A stretch of 64,000 bases of DNA from Octopus vulgaris (lineage: Eukaryota), in assembly GCA_951406725.2 (NCBI GenBank), contig OX597834.1, positions 38,192,001 to 38,256,000 on the forward strand, given 5' to 3'. The translations under genes were made by a program, and so were the position numbers. The notes beneath the pieces were generated by a model, which was given only the letters and a program-made list of their open reading frames with translations, was not told the origin of the DNA and ran no database searches. This document shows positions 26,700 to 40,194 of this stretch, piece after piece (position 1 is the stretch's first letter; each line of letters begins with the position of its first letter).

Positions 26700-28550
26700 G
26701 TTGTTGAGGTGTGTTACGCAAGTTTAGGAATGTATCAAAAAGGAAGCATCAGTACCAAAAGATATTACTAAAGGTGTTCTTGTCTGTCGTCTCATCAAGC
26801 CGACGAGATTTGCTTTTTGCCAGCTTGTGCAGCCGACCAGTAATTGAATAGTAATTTTGATAGAGGCATCGAAAGATCCAAATTGTTTATAACTCCAATT
26901 TTCACTTTATCATTCTTTTAAGCTGAGCATAAGACACTAAGCTATCCTAACAATGTCTCAACGCAGAAATTTACAGCATTATTGGAAACCAACTTATGTG
27001 GAACCTCATTCCTTGCAAAATTAGTTGATCGCTGTTTTTAGCAAATCGTTCATTAAACTCTGAGGACTTTTTAGTCAAGCTGAAGTATAAGGAGCATGAC
27101 CGTGATCCATATGTGCATTTGTATGGTTTTCGATTGGCTTCAGTAACTTCTGGCATGGGTTTAATTTGACAGCGTTTAGGGACTCCCGACATATTCAGGC
27201 GACCATGCTTCGAGTCGCAGTCTATTTCTAGTAATGCCTCAATGAACGTCATCATGTACAGTGTTTTATGCAAATCTGTTGCAAAACCACTGGAACAACT
27301 TCGCCTTGCAAACGATTTCATTACCATCATTGAATTATAGGGTCTCTCACTTATTGAGTAATTATTCCATCTATTCGTCTTGATTCGATTAACAATATTA
27401 CCCAAAATTACATTATTCTTTGTTTCAGTTTGTAATTCTATTTTCAACACACCCGATTCCACCTTATAAATAATGCCACCGTTGTGCTTTTGACTTTGTA
27501 GGCTCATTAAATTTCTTTCTAGACAGAGCATCAACTATGGTTAAAAGCATTTAAATGGATTGCCCACCGTAATATTCTTGCAGATTTCCTTTAGGCGATT
27601 CTCTTCTGGGACTGAATATAAACTCCAAGGGGTTATGGTTACTTCTCAAGAAAAATGTTTGTCCTTATAAAAATTATCGGGCTTTTTGCATAATTTGCAA
27701 AGAGCCCAATAATTGTGTTTATGGAGCTCAAGCTCTATAGTGATTTACATATTTGTGCAGATTACAAGTTGGGAGTAAATATGTTCTGATATTTACCGTT
27801 CACCGAACCTGAAACAGCATTACGCGAGTTGGCATGTACGAGAGGCTTTGACGATTGTTCAGACAAGCGCCAAAGCCTCCATTGCAATATTAAAATAGTT
27901 ACTTTGAAGTTCAAATAGCCATCGTAATAAATATAGAACTGGATTTCTGAGACAGTGCACCAGTATCAGTAGTGACTAAAACCTTTTTTTGTTGTATCAA
28001 ATATCTGAAGTAAGCGATACGGCTAAATATATATTTAATATTTCAAACAGAACAGTGTGTTCCTTCTTCAATAAAAACGTAGAGTGCTTTTTTCGTAAGT
28101 TTGAAAATCTACTGACTTTTAACGATTATGCGGGAATAAATCGACCATAAAAATTAGTCATTCTCCAAAATGATTCCAATTCTTTCCTACTATCTGGGAA
28201 TTTTAGGTTCAATACCTTCTTCATTAACGCATCGTCTGTTTGGAGAACTTATATCCTAGGAAGGTCAATTCTTCTGCACGAAAAAACACTTCTTTTCGTT
28301 AATAGTTGTACCACGAGAGAAAAGGTTTCGCAGAATTGCTTTTACTTTCTGCTCTAAGTCATCACTGGTGGACCACCGATGCAAATGTCATTTTGATGAA
28401 TTGTAATACCGATGGCACTTAATACATTTTCCATGCCACACTGAAATATAGTGTTTGCTGTTTTTATAGTGTATGGCAGACGTGTCCAATGCAATAATCC
28501 AAAGGAAGAACATACTGATATTTTCAGACTTTCATCCATATCTGGAATGG
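26700..28550 (-). mobile_element. Decayed Ty3/gypsy LTR-retrotransposon pol (RT, RNase H, integrase remnants)
   Basis: 28354-28539 gives SSFGLLHWTRLPYTIKTANTIFQCGMENVL...IHQNDICIGG (RT domains with a degenerate YxDD). A V.VTTD RNase H-like piece lies near 27970 and an integrase-like region within ORF 26971-27534. Many stops; no LTRs recognised. Confidence 0.72.
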
Positions 28551-28644
28551 AAGTTTCCCCTAAAATATTTCATACATACATGTGCATGTATATATATATG
28601 TATGTGTGTGTGTGTATTTGAAAAATCTTTTGCATACATATGTA

Positions 28645-28685
<41 letters not shown>

Positions 28686-28848
28686 AAATTATGGTATATT
28701 CTATTAAGAACGTAGTATAGTACGGTATAAAGCTCGTTCACCTTCAAATTTCATCCTGTGCTATCCAGTAGTAGTATTATACGTACTTCCAGGTTTGCGT
28801 TTGGGTATCTGTCGTAGTTGAATAGATAATTGAAAATATTTAGAGTGA

Positions 28849-28999
28849 ACAAGAAGTACAGTTAGACATTTATTTTCTATCACAACAATTGTTTCCACGC
28901 AACGTAGTTCTCCAGGCGCGCAGATACCGGAGAACTATGTTACGTGGAAGCAGTTGTAGTGATAGAGAATAAATGTCCAACCTTACTCCTTCTTGTTGC
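28849..28999. repeat. Long inverted repeat with hammerhead-like motifs (possible Penelope pseudo-LTR junction)
   Basis: Arms 28865-28913 and 28929-28977 match at 43/49 positions around a 15-nt loop, with weaker pairing extending outward. Confidence 0.85.
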
Positions 29000-29007
29000 A
29001 ATTATAA

Positions 29008-29008
<1 letters not shown>

Positions 29009-29061
<53 letters not shown>

Positions 29062-29227
29062 TCATACATACATACAGTTATACATATATACATATATATA
29101 TACATGCATACATATATATATACCTATATACATACATACATACATATATACATACATACATATATACATATATATAAAAATATATATACATATAGATATA
29201 TACATACATATATACGTATATATATAC

Positions 29228-29258
<31 letters not shown>

Positions 29259-29347
29259 AATATATATACACATACATATATACGTACATATATACGTATA
29301 TATATACATACATATAAATATACATACATATATATATACATACATAT

Positions 29348-29386
<39 letters not shown>

Positions 29387-29670
29387 CATATATACATATA
29401 TATACATACATATATATATATACATATATATACACACATACATACATACATATATATACACACATATATACATATATATACACATATATACATATATATA
29501 TATACATACATACACATATACATACACATATATATACATATATATACACATATATACATATATATATATACACATACATACACATATACATACATATATA
29601 TATATATACACATATATATACATATATATACACACACATATATACAAATATATATACATGTATATATATA
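29009..29670. repeat. Compound (TA)n/(TACA)n low-complexity array
   Basis: Directly visible ~660 bp array. Confidence 0.95.
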
Positions 29671-30623
29671 TTGCTCGATTAAAGGCGGTGCTCCAGCATG
29701 GCCGCAGTCAAATGACTGAAACAAGTAAAAGAGTAATATATACACACACAGTATATGTATATACAAACAGACACACACGTATACAGTATGTGTAAATACA
29801 AACACACACACACATATATATACACATAGACATATCTAAATAAATAAATACAAACTTACACACAAATTAAAAAAGGATATTTTGATTTGCTGTGCGTTTC
29901 GCGGCACTTCTTTCAATACGGATGATATTCTTTTTGTTTGCCGTGGATACGCCAACGTTTATAGCATTTCACGCATGCACATACACATATACACATACAG
30001 CATCTCACAAAATGCACGAACATCACTCCATACTTCTTTTGCCAGACGTAGTTCCCAACAGACGCACACAAATTTTATTGTGTTACATACATATACAAAC
30101 AACTCCACTCCAACCACTATCTGATGTTACGAGTCTATCAGCGTGCAAAATACAGGCAAAACAAAGAAACATACACACACACGCACGCACGCGAAAATCT
30201 ATGCATACTAGCTGAAATGCTATTGCTATAGGCATGCATGCGCTATTAACCCTCCACCCATCGTCATATGTAATTCTTTCCTATATCTATCTGCACCTCC
30301 AGCTCCCTATAATCATCAGTTGCTATCTATCGTCCACTCAACTAACTACAAATTTATCTGGTTATTTATGGAGGCAAGCAGAGGGGATTACTGTTTTGGT
30401 TCTAATAGTAGTTTCCTTTTTCTATACGCTATGTGTGTATGTATCTCACACACATGTACATAAGCATGTATGTATATGTGTGTCTACACACACACGTCGA
30501 GTTTATTTTTTGTGTGTATTGTTCTTGTTGCTACTTGGTATTACTATAATTATTATTATCACACTTTTGGTAACTTGTCCCTGTAATGCTCCTCTCAAAT
30601 TGTTGCCCTTGTGGCAATAAAAT

Positions 30624-30653
30624 ATATTATTATCATTATCATTATTGTTATTA

Positions 30654-30684
<31 letters not shown>

Positions 30685-30709
30685 TATTATTATTACTATT
30701 ATTATTATT
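30624..30709. repeat. (ATT)n microsatellite
   Basis: Directly visible. Confidence 0.9.
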
Positions 30710-31382
30710 AATGGGCGTTTAAAAACAAGCCCACAGAAGGCGGTTGGTGATGGCTGAGTGTGGGCGTGGAAGAGTTTTGCATGGCATCAGGTGTTATGTG
30801 GCGCTGCTGGTGGGGGGGGTTAGAGCGAAAGGGAAAACGTGCAAAAAGGGAAAGAGGAGGGTTCAGTGTGGGTTTGCACACGCGCATGTGTAGGGCGGGT
30901 ATGTTGTCTTTGAAATATTTTTGGGAGCCGCTCATTCTTTCGGGGTGGAGGAGGAAGAGTGGGGTGCAATGAAAATTTCTGGAGAAAGTCAGTTTTGCTA
31001 TTTTCTTTAGCTGCAGTAGAGAACGGGGGAGGGGGGGGGGCGAGGAAAAGGAGCGGCGAGGAAACAAAGAAGAAACTGATGCGAGGGAATAACAGAAAGT
31101 GAAAGACAAAGGAATAGGGACAGATAGGAAAGAAATATCAGAAAGAGAGAGACAGACAGACAGACAGACAGTGATTGAAAATGAAGTAGACTGAGAAGAA
31201 AGAGAGAAGAAATGTTTGTAAGAACAAGTGAAAATAGGAAAAGGGAACTACAGACTGAGTCTTAAGGAGATAAGAAAAGATGCAACAGTGAAAGGTAAAA
31301 GAAATGGCAGACAATATAAGCTGAGGCTGGCTAGCCAGTAGTAGTAGCAGTAGTAGTAGTAGTAGTAGCAGCAGCAGTGGTG

Positions 31383-31413
<31 letters not shown>

Positions 31414-31454
31414 CAGAAGGAAGAGGAAAGACAGTCAGTTTAATTAACCCTTGA

Positions 31455-31640
31455 AGTTGTTATTTAGCCCCAGGTCAGCTCTGGCTGATCAGGCCTGCAA
31501 TGAAAGTATTTTTTAGTTTTATGCCATCCAAATTTAAGGAACTGCAATATACTTTGTTTGCTTGACATGCTAGATATACCAGTGAAATTTCTCTCTCAAA
31601 CTGCACCCTGCCATATAGAAAAGGTAGAGGCACACTGGAT
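31455..31640 (+). repeat. Old dispersed repeat family, class unknown
   Basis: TTTAGCCCCAGGTCAGCTCTG-type motif recurs in diverged form at ~1365, 8150-8210, 11030, 32330-32390, 57100, 59830, 62295 and 62720, on both strands. Confidence 0.6.
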
Positions 31641-33962
31641 AACGTAATGCTAGCTTGAAAATTGACCTGAAATGTAATTTCTAATCTAAGTTCTTAGTAT
31701 GTTACTAATCTTTAACTACCCTTGAGAGGTGGAAACCAAAGTTGAGCCATGTTTTGGACTCAAAATGTAGTTACATCAAAGAACTGTGAGTGAAAATTTG
31801 ATAAACAAACTGTATGGAAGCCCATAAAAAGACCATTCCAGTCCTTTAACCATGTCTTTGATTTGAGAATAAGTTCCCCACTTCTTGCTACTAGTAACAG
31901 TGATCCTAAAAATGCTTATTGATACTCACCCTCTCTCCTTCTAAGTCATTAAAAATGTATTCTAGATATCTCAACTAAATATTACTGGGTGAGATAACAA
32001 TCTCCCTCAAATTATACACTGCTATCTTAAATATAAAAAAACGAAAAAAAGAACTCTAGAAATATTGGTTTCAAATTTTGGCACAGGGTCTGGCATTTTC
32101 AGAGGAGGGAGTAGGTTGATTACATCAACCCTGGTGCTCAACTGGTACTTTATTTAATCAACCCTGAAAGGATGAAAGGCAAGGTTGCCTAACTCAGATT
32201 GTAAAGACAGATGAAATGCTGTTAAGCATTTTGCCCAGCACACTAACAATTATGCCAGCTCACCACCTCATTGAATATTGATGACCAAGACATTCAGCCA
32301 GAGAAAAACAAAAAAAAATGTATGGGTTGTTTTGGCTGGAGTGCCTTTAATCATAGAACTGTTGAATCAGGGCTGACATGAGGGCATCAACAAATGTAAG
32401 AAATACCAAAGAGTAGTACTTTAAACTACAGGAGTCGACTGTTTGCAACAATTAAGATGCTTTTTTTCAACTAAACAAAGTCAGTGTTCACAGAGGAGTG
32501 GGATTATCAATGATTAAAGTTACCCCAATATATTACTGATAAATGTGTGACATGTACAGACATATAGAACTATGTGAAACAAAAGCAAATATCTAAGCTG
32601 TCCAAGGACATTGGTGATGCTCTAACAGAGATCTGAAACAGAGTTTTGATCTTGATTTGTAGAGATTTCACAATTTAAACATCAATGTGCTCACTCAACA
32701 CTTACCAACAGTGCCATCATTTAGAATGTTAACAACAGTATTTTTTAAAAAAAGAAAAAGAGAAGTTGTGATGAGGAAGAGAGAGATGGTGTATGTATGT
32801 GTTTATATACGCACATGTGTATGTGTTTATATACATGTGTGTGTGTGTGTGTACACAAACGTATATAAACATGCTCATGTGTGTGCACACATATGACAAG
32901 GAGAGGGTGAATGAGACTAGAAAGAAATGAAGAATAAAAGATTGAGAAAATAAAGAATGAAAGGGATATGAGAAGAGAGAGAGAGAGAGAGAAAGAAAGA
33001 AAGATAAATATTTTGTAAGGGAGGGTGATATGCAGATAAGTGAGAAAGCAAGAGATGGATAAATGTACAATGGAAAAATTATACAAAGAGTAGGAGTGGA
33101 GAGAAGGAAAAGTAAAAACATGTGGAGAGGAATTGGGAGTGTAGAGGAAGAGGATATTGAGAAGAAGACTGCTAGGGAAGTTAAAGGGTTAATAACGGAA
33201 CCATACAGAAGGGAAGCATGTTGCTGCAGCTTATAAACTGCACGTGTGTGTATGTGTGTTTGTGTGGATTTAAATGATATTTTATTTGGTATGCTGTAAT
33301 TAATGTAATAGGGACCATACATATATGCACCAATACACACATATATGTGCATAGATGTACACATACATAAACGCACGTCATCCAAAATTATGCTATACTA
33401 GACATAGCAAATACAATAAACTGTTAAAATCACTCACAAGAGAAATTATATACATTCAAGAAATACTTCATTTATACATGTAGATGCATATATACACAAA
33501 CACGCACATAAATAAATGGTAATATAGGCACACAATTGAATATTTCTCTCCAAAAGCAGACAAGATAAGACAAAGCAGATTAGCTTCTGCAGGTTCATTG
33601 GTAATGGCATCAAGTCAGACAGACTGTGTCACTCTCCAATAGGCTGTCTTCCATATTAAGGACACACATGCACACACACTCACAGATGTAGAGGCACACT
33701 TCAAATCGTTGGAGACAGCAAGATGACTACAGTATTTATTGACACTTGAATTTCCTTTCTACAGATGTTCATCTTGGTTTATTTAATAAATGTCCACACT
33801 TGTACACACACACACTCACAAAATAATTCAATTTTCCAGAAACCAATAAGTCTTAATTTGGTTTCCTAAGTCAATTTAAAATTGACTGGGTTGCACTGAA
33901 ATTCATTTACATAAGCTAGTTTCTATATTGCATCCAGCAAATGCATTGATACAACTAAATGA

Positions 33963-34255
33963 AGATATGGCCTAGTGGTTAGGGTATTGCATTCACAATC
34001 GCTAGACCATGGGTTCAATTCATGGACTGGACAGTGCATTGTGTTCTTGAGCAAAACATTTCCTTCACGTTACTCCAGTCCACTCAGCTGCAAATAGGTA
34101 ACCCTGTGACAGATTAGTCTTCTGGTCTGGGAGAATGTAGGCCTGCTTGCCTTGCCAATAGGATGGCTTCATTGGAAAGCTAAAACAATAAGAAGCACAT
34201 TGTGACCAGTGGTTTATAACATTATCTGATAGTCTGGCTGATACCATGACACGTA
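33963..34255 (+). mobile_element. tRNA-headed SINE, family 3
   Basis: A-box TGGCCTAGTGG, B-box GGGTTCAATTC, and body TTGTGTTCTTGAGCAAAAC...CCAGTCCACTCAGCTG. Related copies occur at ~22965 (+) and ~53870-54000 (-). Confidence 0.7.
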
Positions 34256-35969
34256 TATACTTTTCCATTGTGATACAAATAAAAGTAACCAAGCATCTAT
34301 TATATTTTTTCTTCTCCATTTTTTTATTAACTTTATATTTACATACATATATATATATTCATGCAAATCTACATTCACACAACCGTACATTTACACAAAA
34401 ATCTATGCCAAGCCAGAAATTAAGGACTTCAATCATTAAAAAAATGCAAACATATGTATGTGTATTTAAATATACAAGTAATGCCAAGACAACGGAATGA
34501 TTCCAGTAAAAGTGTACAAGTATTACATTATGTTTTCATAAACAACTGTTGTGTGTGTGTGTACATGCATATTCACACAGATAGGTGTGCTAATGTAAAA
34601 GATCTCAACATGTTGGATTGAATATTTTATTAACAGTTTATGACTTAAGTCCACATTACTTAATTGTTTATAGATGTAAAAGCACAGCTGATCGTTCAAA
34701 TGCTACAATTTTTTAAGTGATGCAGAAGTGACAAGTCCTAAAGAAAGATGGCAGGAGGATATGTAAAATATATTTTCATATTTTAGTTTAGGTCACAAGA
34801 TGTAACCTGTAGCCGCTGATAACTGTTCAGTGACCGCTGGACACAATAAAATTAGTTTCCTTTGCACTTGATAGAAATTCCAGTAAAAATTGCAGTGAAG
34901 TTTCAATAAAAATTAAGATTCAAGACTATCTATCACTTACTGGCTTAAAATGAGGAAATTGTAAACTTCGTTGGGTAGCACCAGTAAAGTTTACAGCTTT
35001 TAAAAGACATGTATAGTTTCTGAGAGAGACAAAACTAGCAGTTACGCAACTGAGCAAATAAGGAAGAAGATTATCATTCTACTCCAGGTTATGCTATCAC
35101 GGAAGTCTCCAAATAAAACAGTACAGGAATGTAGAATTTTTTTCCAAGCCTGGACCTAAAGCCACTGGGTCTTAGTTCCATGTGATTCATTGGGATACTG
35201 TCAGGTGAAGTAAGAGTCACCAAATAAAGCCTTGGAAGAGCAGAATTTCCTCACTGGAGATAGAGTATGAGTAGGTACATGTTACATTTTGGCTCTCAGT
35301 GTAGTATGCACTGTTAGAAGCAATGTTGTCTAGGAATAAAGTTTGTGGTAATTATGTATGCTTAGGAAATGGTATCTAATGAAGGATAAAATTTCTTGGC
35401 TATGTTTGTAGAGACATCTAATTATTTTCCACTTCCTAACTCTTTTTGGAGCAAGGTGCAGGTTCCTGTATATATACTTCTGACTAAAACACTCCTCACT
35501 GATGTATCACTGTGATGGTGGGGTAGGGCAGCTCTGTCAAAACACCGCAAATCTGAAGATAAATTGGAGATTCTTCTACAATTGCTAGTTTTTAAGTTTC
35601 TATTTAAAGTAAGGAGTGGTTGAAATTCCAATGAATGTATACGATCTCCACATAAGGAATTCTACAAAGGGTAATGCATGCTGTTTTGAGATCCTTTGTA
35701 ATGTTCAAGAAGTGAACTATAGTTACATTGTGGGGTGATAATTACGTTTTAGCAAATCCCTCAAACATCTTATGGCCTTTACACAACCTATTCTATCATT
35801 GGTTTGTGCTAAGCTGGGTAACAAGTGAAACACCAAATTAGCCTTTGTATAAATATAGAGCTCCACATTGTTGGATGACCTGTAAGAAATAATGACCAAA
35901 TCACACACTCCTGTTTTCAAAAGAACAGGTTAGTTAATGAAGCAAGTCCAACATAACTATATAAGGATG

Positions 35970-35970
<1 letters not shown>

Positions 35971-36036
<66 letters not shown>

Positions 36037-36068
36037 TAGTGGTGGTGGTGGTGGTGGTGGTGGTGGTA
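35971..36068. repeat. (AGT)n-(GGT)n trinucleotide microsatellite
   Basis: Directly visible; source of the poly-Thr ORF. Confidence 0.95.
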
Positions 36069-37060
36069 GCGGCGGTTGAGAATTTTATATATTTATGGCA
36101 AAGCACCCATTGATAGAGGAACTCAGATCCTGAAAGACTAGACCACTGTTTATTGTTAAACTGGTATGTGGAATGCATGTGCATCTTCAAGTGTATGATA
36201 GTTGTTAAGATGTTGAGACCTTTATAGTTTTATTAAGACTGTTTGTTATTGAACACCCATTGATGGATATCTTTGATCATGAAAGATCAGGCCATTGTCT
36301 ATTATTGTTTCACTGGTGCACGGAATTAATGTGAATGTATATGCACGGTAATTGTTAAAATATTGAAACGTTTACAGTTTTACGGATTACATGTTCAATA
36401 TTTTTAACAATTTCAATTAAAATGAGGGAATTAGGAAGAGAAAAATGTAAAAAAAAAGCAAAATATTTTGACATTTAAAGTAAGAGAAATTTAAAACAAT
36501 TAAAAATCTTCATGTCAGTCATTCACACACAAATATAGAAACACACAGGTGCATGTATACTTAATACAAAAGTTACATGCAATCTTGTATTTAAGCATAT
36601 CATTGAAAAGTCTGCAGAACCTGAAGACAAATGCTCAGGCACACACAATAGACTGTATTATGCAATTCTACATATGCACACACAACTGACTGCATTATAC
36701 AATTGTACACACACACACATACACACACTTCCAAACCACTCTTTCCTGTGAGCACACAAGCACCTAAGTTATTCTCAATCACAAATGCATAACAGCATAC
36801 CAATGGGTGTGCATGTGTGCATATATAGGCATATACATACATATGGGAGGGGGGGACATGCACGAAAATGCATTGTGCATTAATACACTTTTATGCTCAC
36901 TCATTCTGCCACCTTTCCTTTTCTCTTTTCCTACACACACACACACACACACAGATATGCACTGATCACATATATAAAACAAAATTGCATGCAAATGCAT
37001 ACAAGCAACACAATCAAGGGCAGTACATGTAAACACACACACACATATATATATACTTAT

Positions 37061-37095
<35 letters not shown>

Positions 37096-38204
37096 TCCAA
37101 ACAAGTGACACACACTAGCACATACATTCATAAACATCTGTTTCAGTACAAGCATTGGCATTTTCTCATTGCTCTAAATTCAGGTTATGCAGCACAGTTA
37201 GGCAATTGATGCTGCACTGGTGAAATCAATAAACACAGACAAGTAATTCAAAAAATTACAACAACAACAACAACAGTAGCAGCACTAGCTGCGACAACAA
37301 CAACAACCACTATCAGCAGCATCAGTCAGTTCAGATAAGTACATACATGAACTGAGTGCAGAAGCACACAACTGCACACTGCATTACTTCTCAGTGCATT
37401 TCAATATGCAGATCTGCTCTAATTTCTTCTCTCTATCTATAGAAGATTTGTATTCAATTGGTCACGTATTTTCCCAAACTATCTGACCGAATATAAATAA
37501 ATTTTCTGTCAAGAGATATGGCATCTAAAGCACACATGCAATGAATAAAATGTAAGTTTGTGCTTCTTGATGCTATTCCTGTTTGTGAGAGATGTAACAT
37601 AAAAATTTATATAATAGCAATAACAATGTAATAATGGTAATTAGTAAAATAATTAGCAATAGACAAGATTTGGGGCAGGGAGGCATATCTTCCTTTTCTC
37701 GGACACACTTGTAGATAAGCAAGCCAAAACTGAATGCATGGCTACAACAATGAAGGGAGTGTATGTACATGCATGTGTGCAAATATATATTTATGAGATG
37801 ATGAGAGGGCATAGGGAGGCTGTGAAAAATAGAGGGAATGTAAGCATATATGCATACATGCATATATCATGTTTTCCTACAGGATCTCCTTTTCTCTGTG
37901 CATGTAAATGCATGTCTATAAGTCTGTGTGTGTTTATATGTATAAGTATGTATATAAAAGTGTGCATCCCTGTTTTATGTGTGTATATGTGGTTCCAGGT
38001 ATATATACACAGTGTACAACTGTATCTGCAGTGAAATACACCAGTGAATATTTTACTTCTTTTCATTTGCATAGATAAGTAGTAAGAAAGATTAATTAAC
38101 ATTGATATATATACTACCTAACAGAAATTTTACTGAAGTTACCTTCCTACTGACTTCATTGTGTCAATGATATTCGAAGTTACTGTCAAACTTAGTTTTG
38201 TACA

Positions 38205-38281
38205 CAATTATATGTATATATATACACACACAAATATATGCTTGTATTTATAAAACCTATATACACATGCATGTATATATA

Positions 38282-38328
<47 letters not shown>

Positions 38329-38422
38329 CCACACACACACATATATATATATACATATATATATATCTATATATGTATATATACATAGATACATACAAAT
38401 ATATTTACATACATACACAGAT

Positions 38423-38479
<57 letters not shown>

Positions 38480-38641
38480 GATACATAGATACATACATAT
38501 ATATACATAGATACATACATATATATACATAGATACATACATATATATACATAGATACATATATATATATATACATAATATATATATACATAGATACACA
38601 CACATATATATACATAGACATATATATATATATACATAGAT

Positions 38642-38692
<51 letters not shown>

Positions 38693-38794
38693 CACATACA
38701 CATACATAGATACATATATATATATATTCATACATAGATACATACAAATATATTTACATACATACACAGATACACACACACACACATTATATAT

Positions 38795-38834
<40 letters not shown>

Positions 38835-38980
38835 GATACATATATACATATAGATACATACATACATAGATACATTACATATATATACATAGATACATAC
38901 ATATATATACATAGATACATATATATATATACATATACATATATATATATATACATAGATATATATATATACATAGATAC

Positions 38981-39013
<33 letters not shown>

Positions 39014-39036
39014 TACAGACACATACACATACATAG

Positions 39037-39069
<33 letters not shown>

Positions 39070-39294
39070 CATACATAGATACATACAAATATATTTACAT
39101 ACATAGACAGATACATACATATATATATTCATACACACATACATACATATATTCATACATACATACATATATATATTCATACATACATACATATATATAT
39201 TCATACATATATATATATTCATACATACATACATATATATATTCATACATACATACATATATATATTCATACATACATACATATATATATTCAT

Positions 39295-39325
<31 letters not shown>

Positions 39326-39402
39326 TATATACATATTTATATGTATATACATACATGTATGGATATATATGTGTGTGTGTAAAGATATACATATATATAT
39401 AT
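38205..39402. repeat. ~1.2 kb compound (TA)/(CA)/(TAGATACA) array with a 22-24 bp minisatellite
   Basis: Directly visible; the unit ATATATATTCATACATACATAC is tandemly repeated at ~39120-39300. Confidence 0.93.
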
Positions 39403-39693
39403 AATTAATGATATCAGGATAATAAAGATTTTAGAAATTTTTACTACTAGTTCCCTAGCATATAGAAAAATGAGTCAATAGCCTATATATTATTCGTATT
39501 ATATACAGTGTACATTTAAACACATTAAGGTGTCCACCATAGAACTCCCTTACGCTAGAAGGAACAGCTAAAGTCCAAAACCACTAATTGGGGATAAATT
39601 CTCAAAGGGAATGAAAAGTAAAAACATTAAAATGTATAAGCAAGAGGTATATGCTAGATTGGCTTTGTGTTTATAAATTTAATCTTGGCATAC

Positions 39694-39927
39694 TTATTTC
39701 TTTATTACCCACAAGGGGCTAAAAACACAGAGGGGACAAACAAGGACAGACAAACGGATTAAGTCGATTATATCGACCCCAGTGCGTAACTGGTACTTAT
39801 TTAATCGACCCCGAAAGGATGAAAGGCAAAGTCGACCTCGGCGGAATTTGAACTCAGAATGTAACAGTAGACGAAATACGGCTATGCATTTCGCCCGGCG
39901 TGCTAACGTTTCTGCCAGGTCGCCGCC
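39694..39927 (-). mobile_element. Young full-length SINE, family 2, with 16-bp target-site duplication
   Basis: Head GGCGGCGACCTGGCAGAAACGTTAGCACG, B-box GAGTTCAAATTCC and an A-rich tail. Flanking direct repeat TTTAATCTTGGCATAC (39678-39693) / TTTAACCTTGGCATAC (39928-39943). Confidence 0.9.
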
Positions 39928-40057
39928 TTTAACCTTGGCATACCTGTTAACGAAGACTTCGCCAGACAAATTATTTTATTTGCTAAAAGAAAGTCAGAAA
40001 CCGGTCCAGGAAATAGATGGTAAATGTTCTTATTTTTCATTCCCTTTTCATATAAAC

Positions 40058-40109
<52 letters not shown>

Positions 40110-40194
40110 GTAAACGTATGTGTGTGTGTGTTTATTTATATATATATTTACATATACATATGAACACATACTTATGATCTTTTAATTTTTTGTG

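Noticed and set aside
35193-35212. GATACTGTCAGGTGAAG, resembling miR-8/miR-200
   Set aside because: The seed differs and there is no complementary star arm or hairpin.
39120-39300. CRISPR-like periodic repeat
   Set aside because: It is a low-complexity tandem minisatellite with no unique spacers, in eukaryotic context.
24784-39352. Long YI/HT/CV-rich ORFs (up to 249 aa) in the ORF track
   Set aside because: They are translations of (TA)n/(CA)n/(TACA)n arrays, which lack stop codons by composition.
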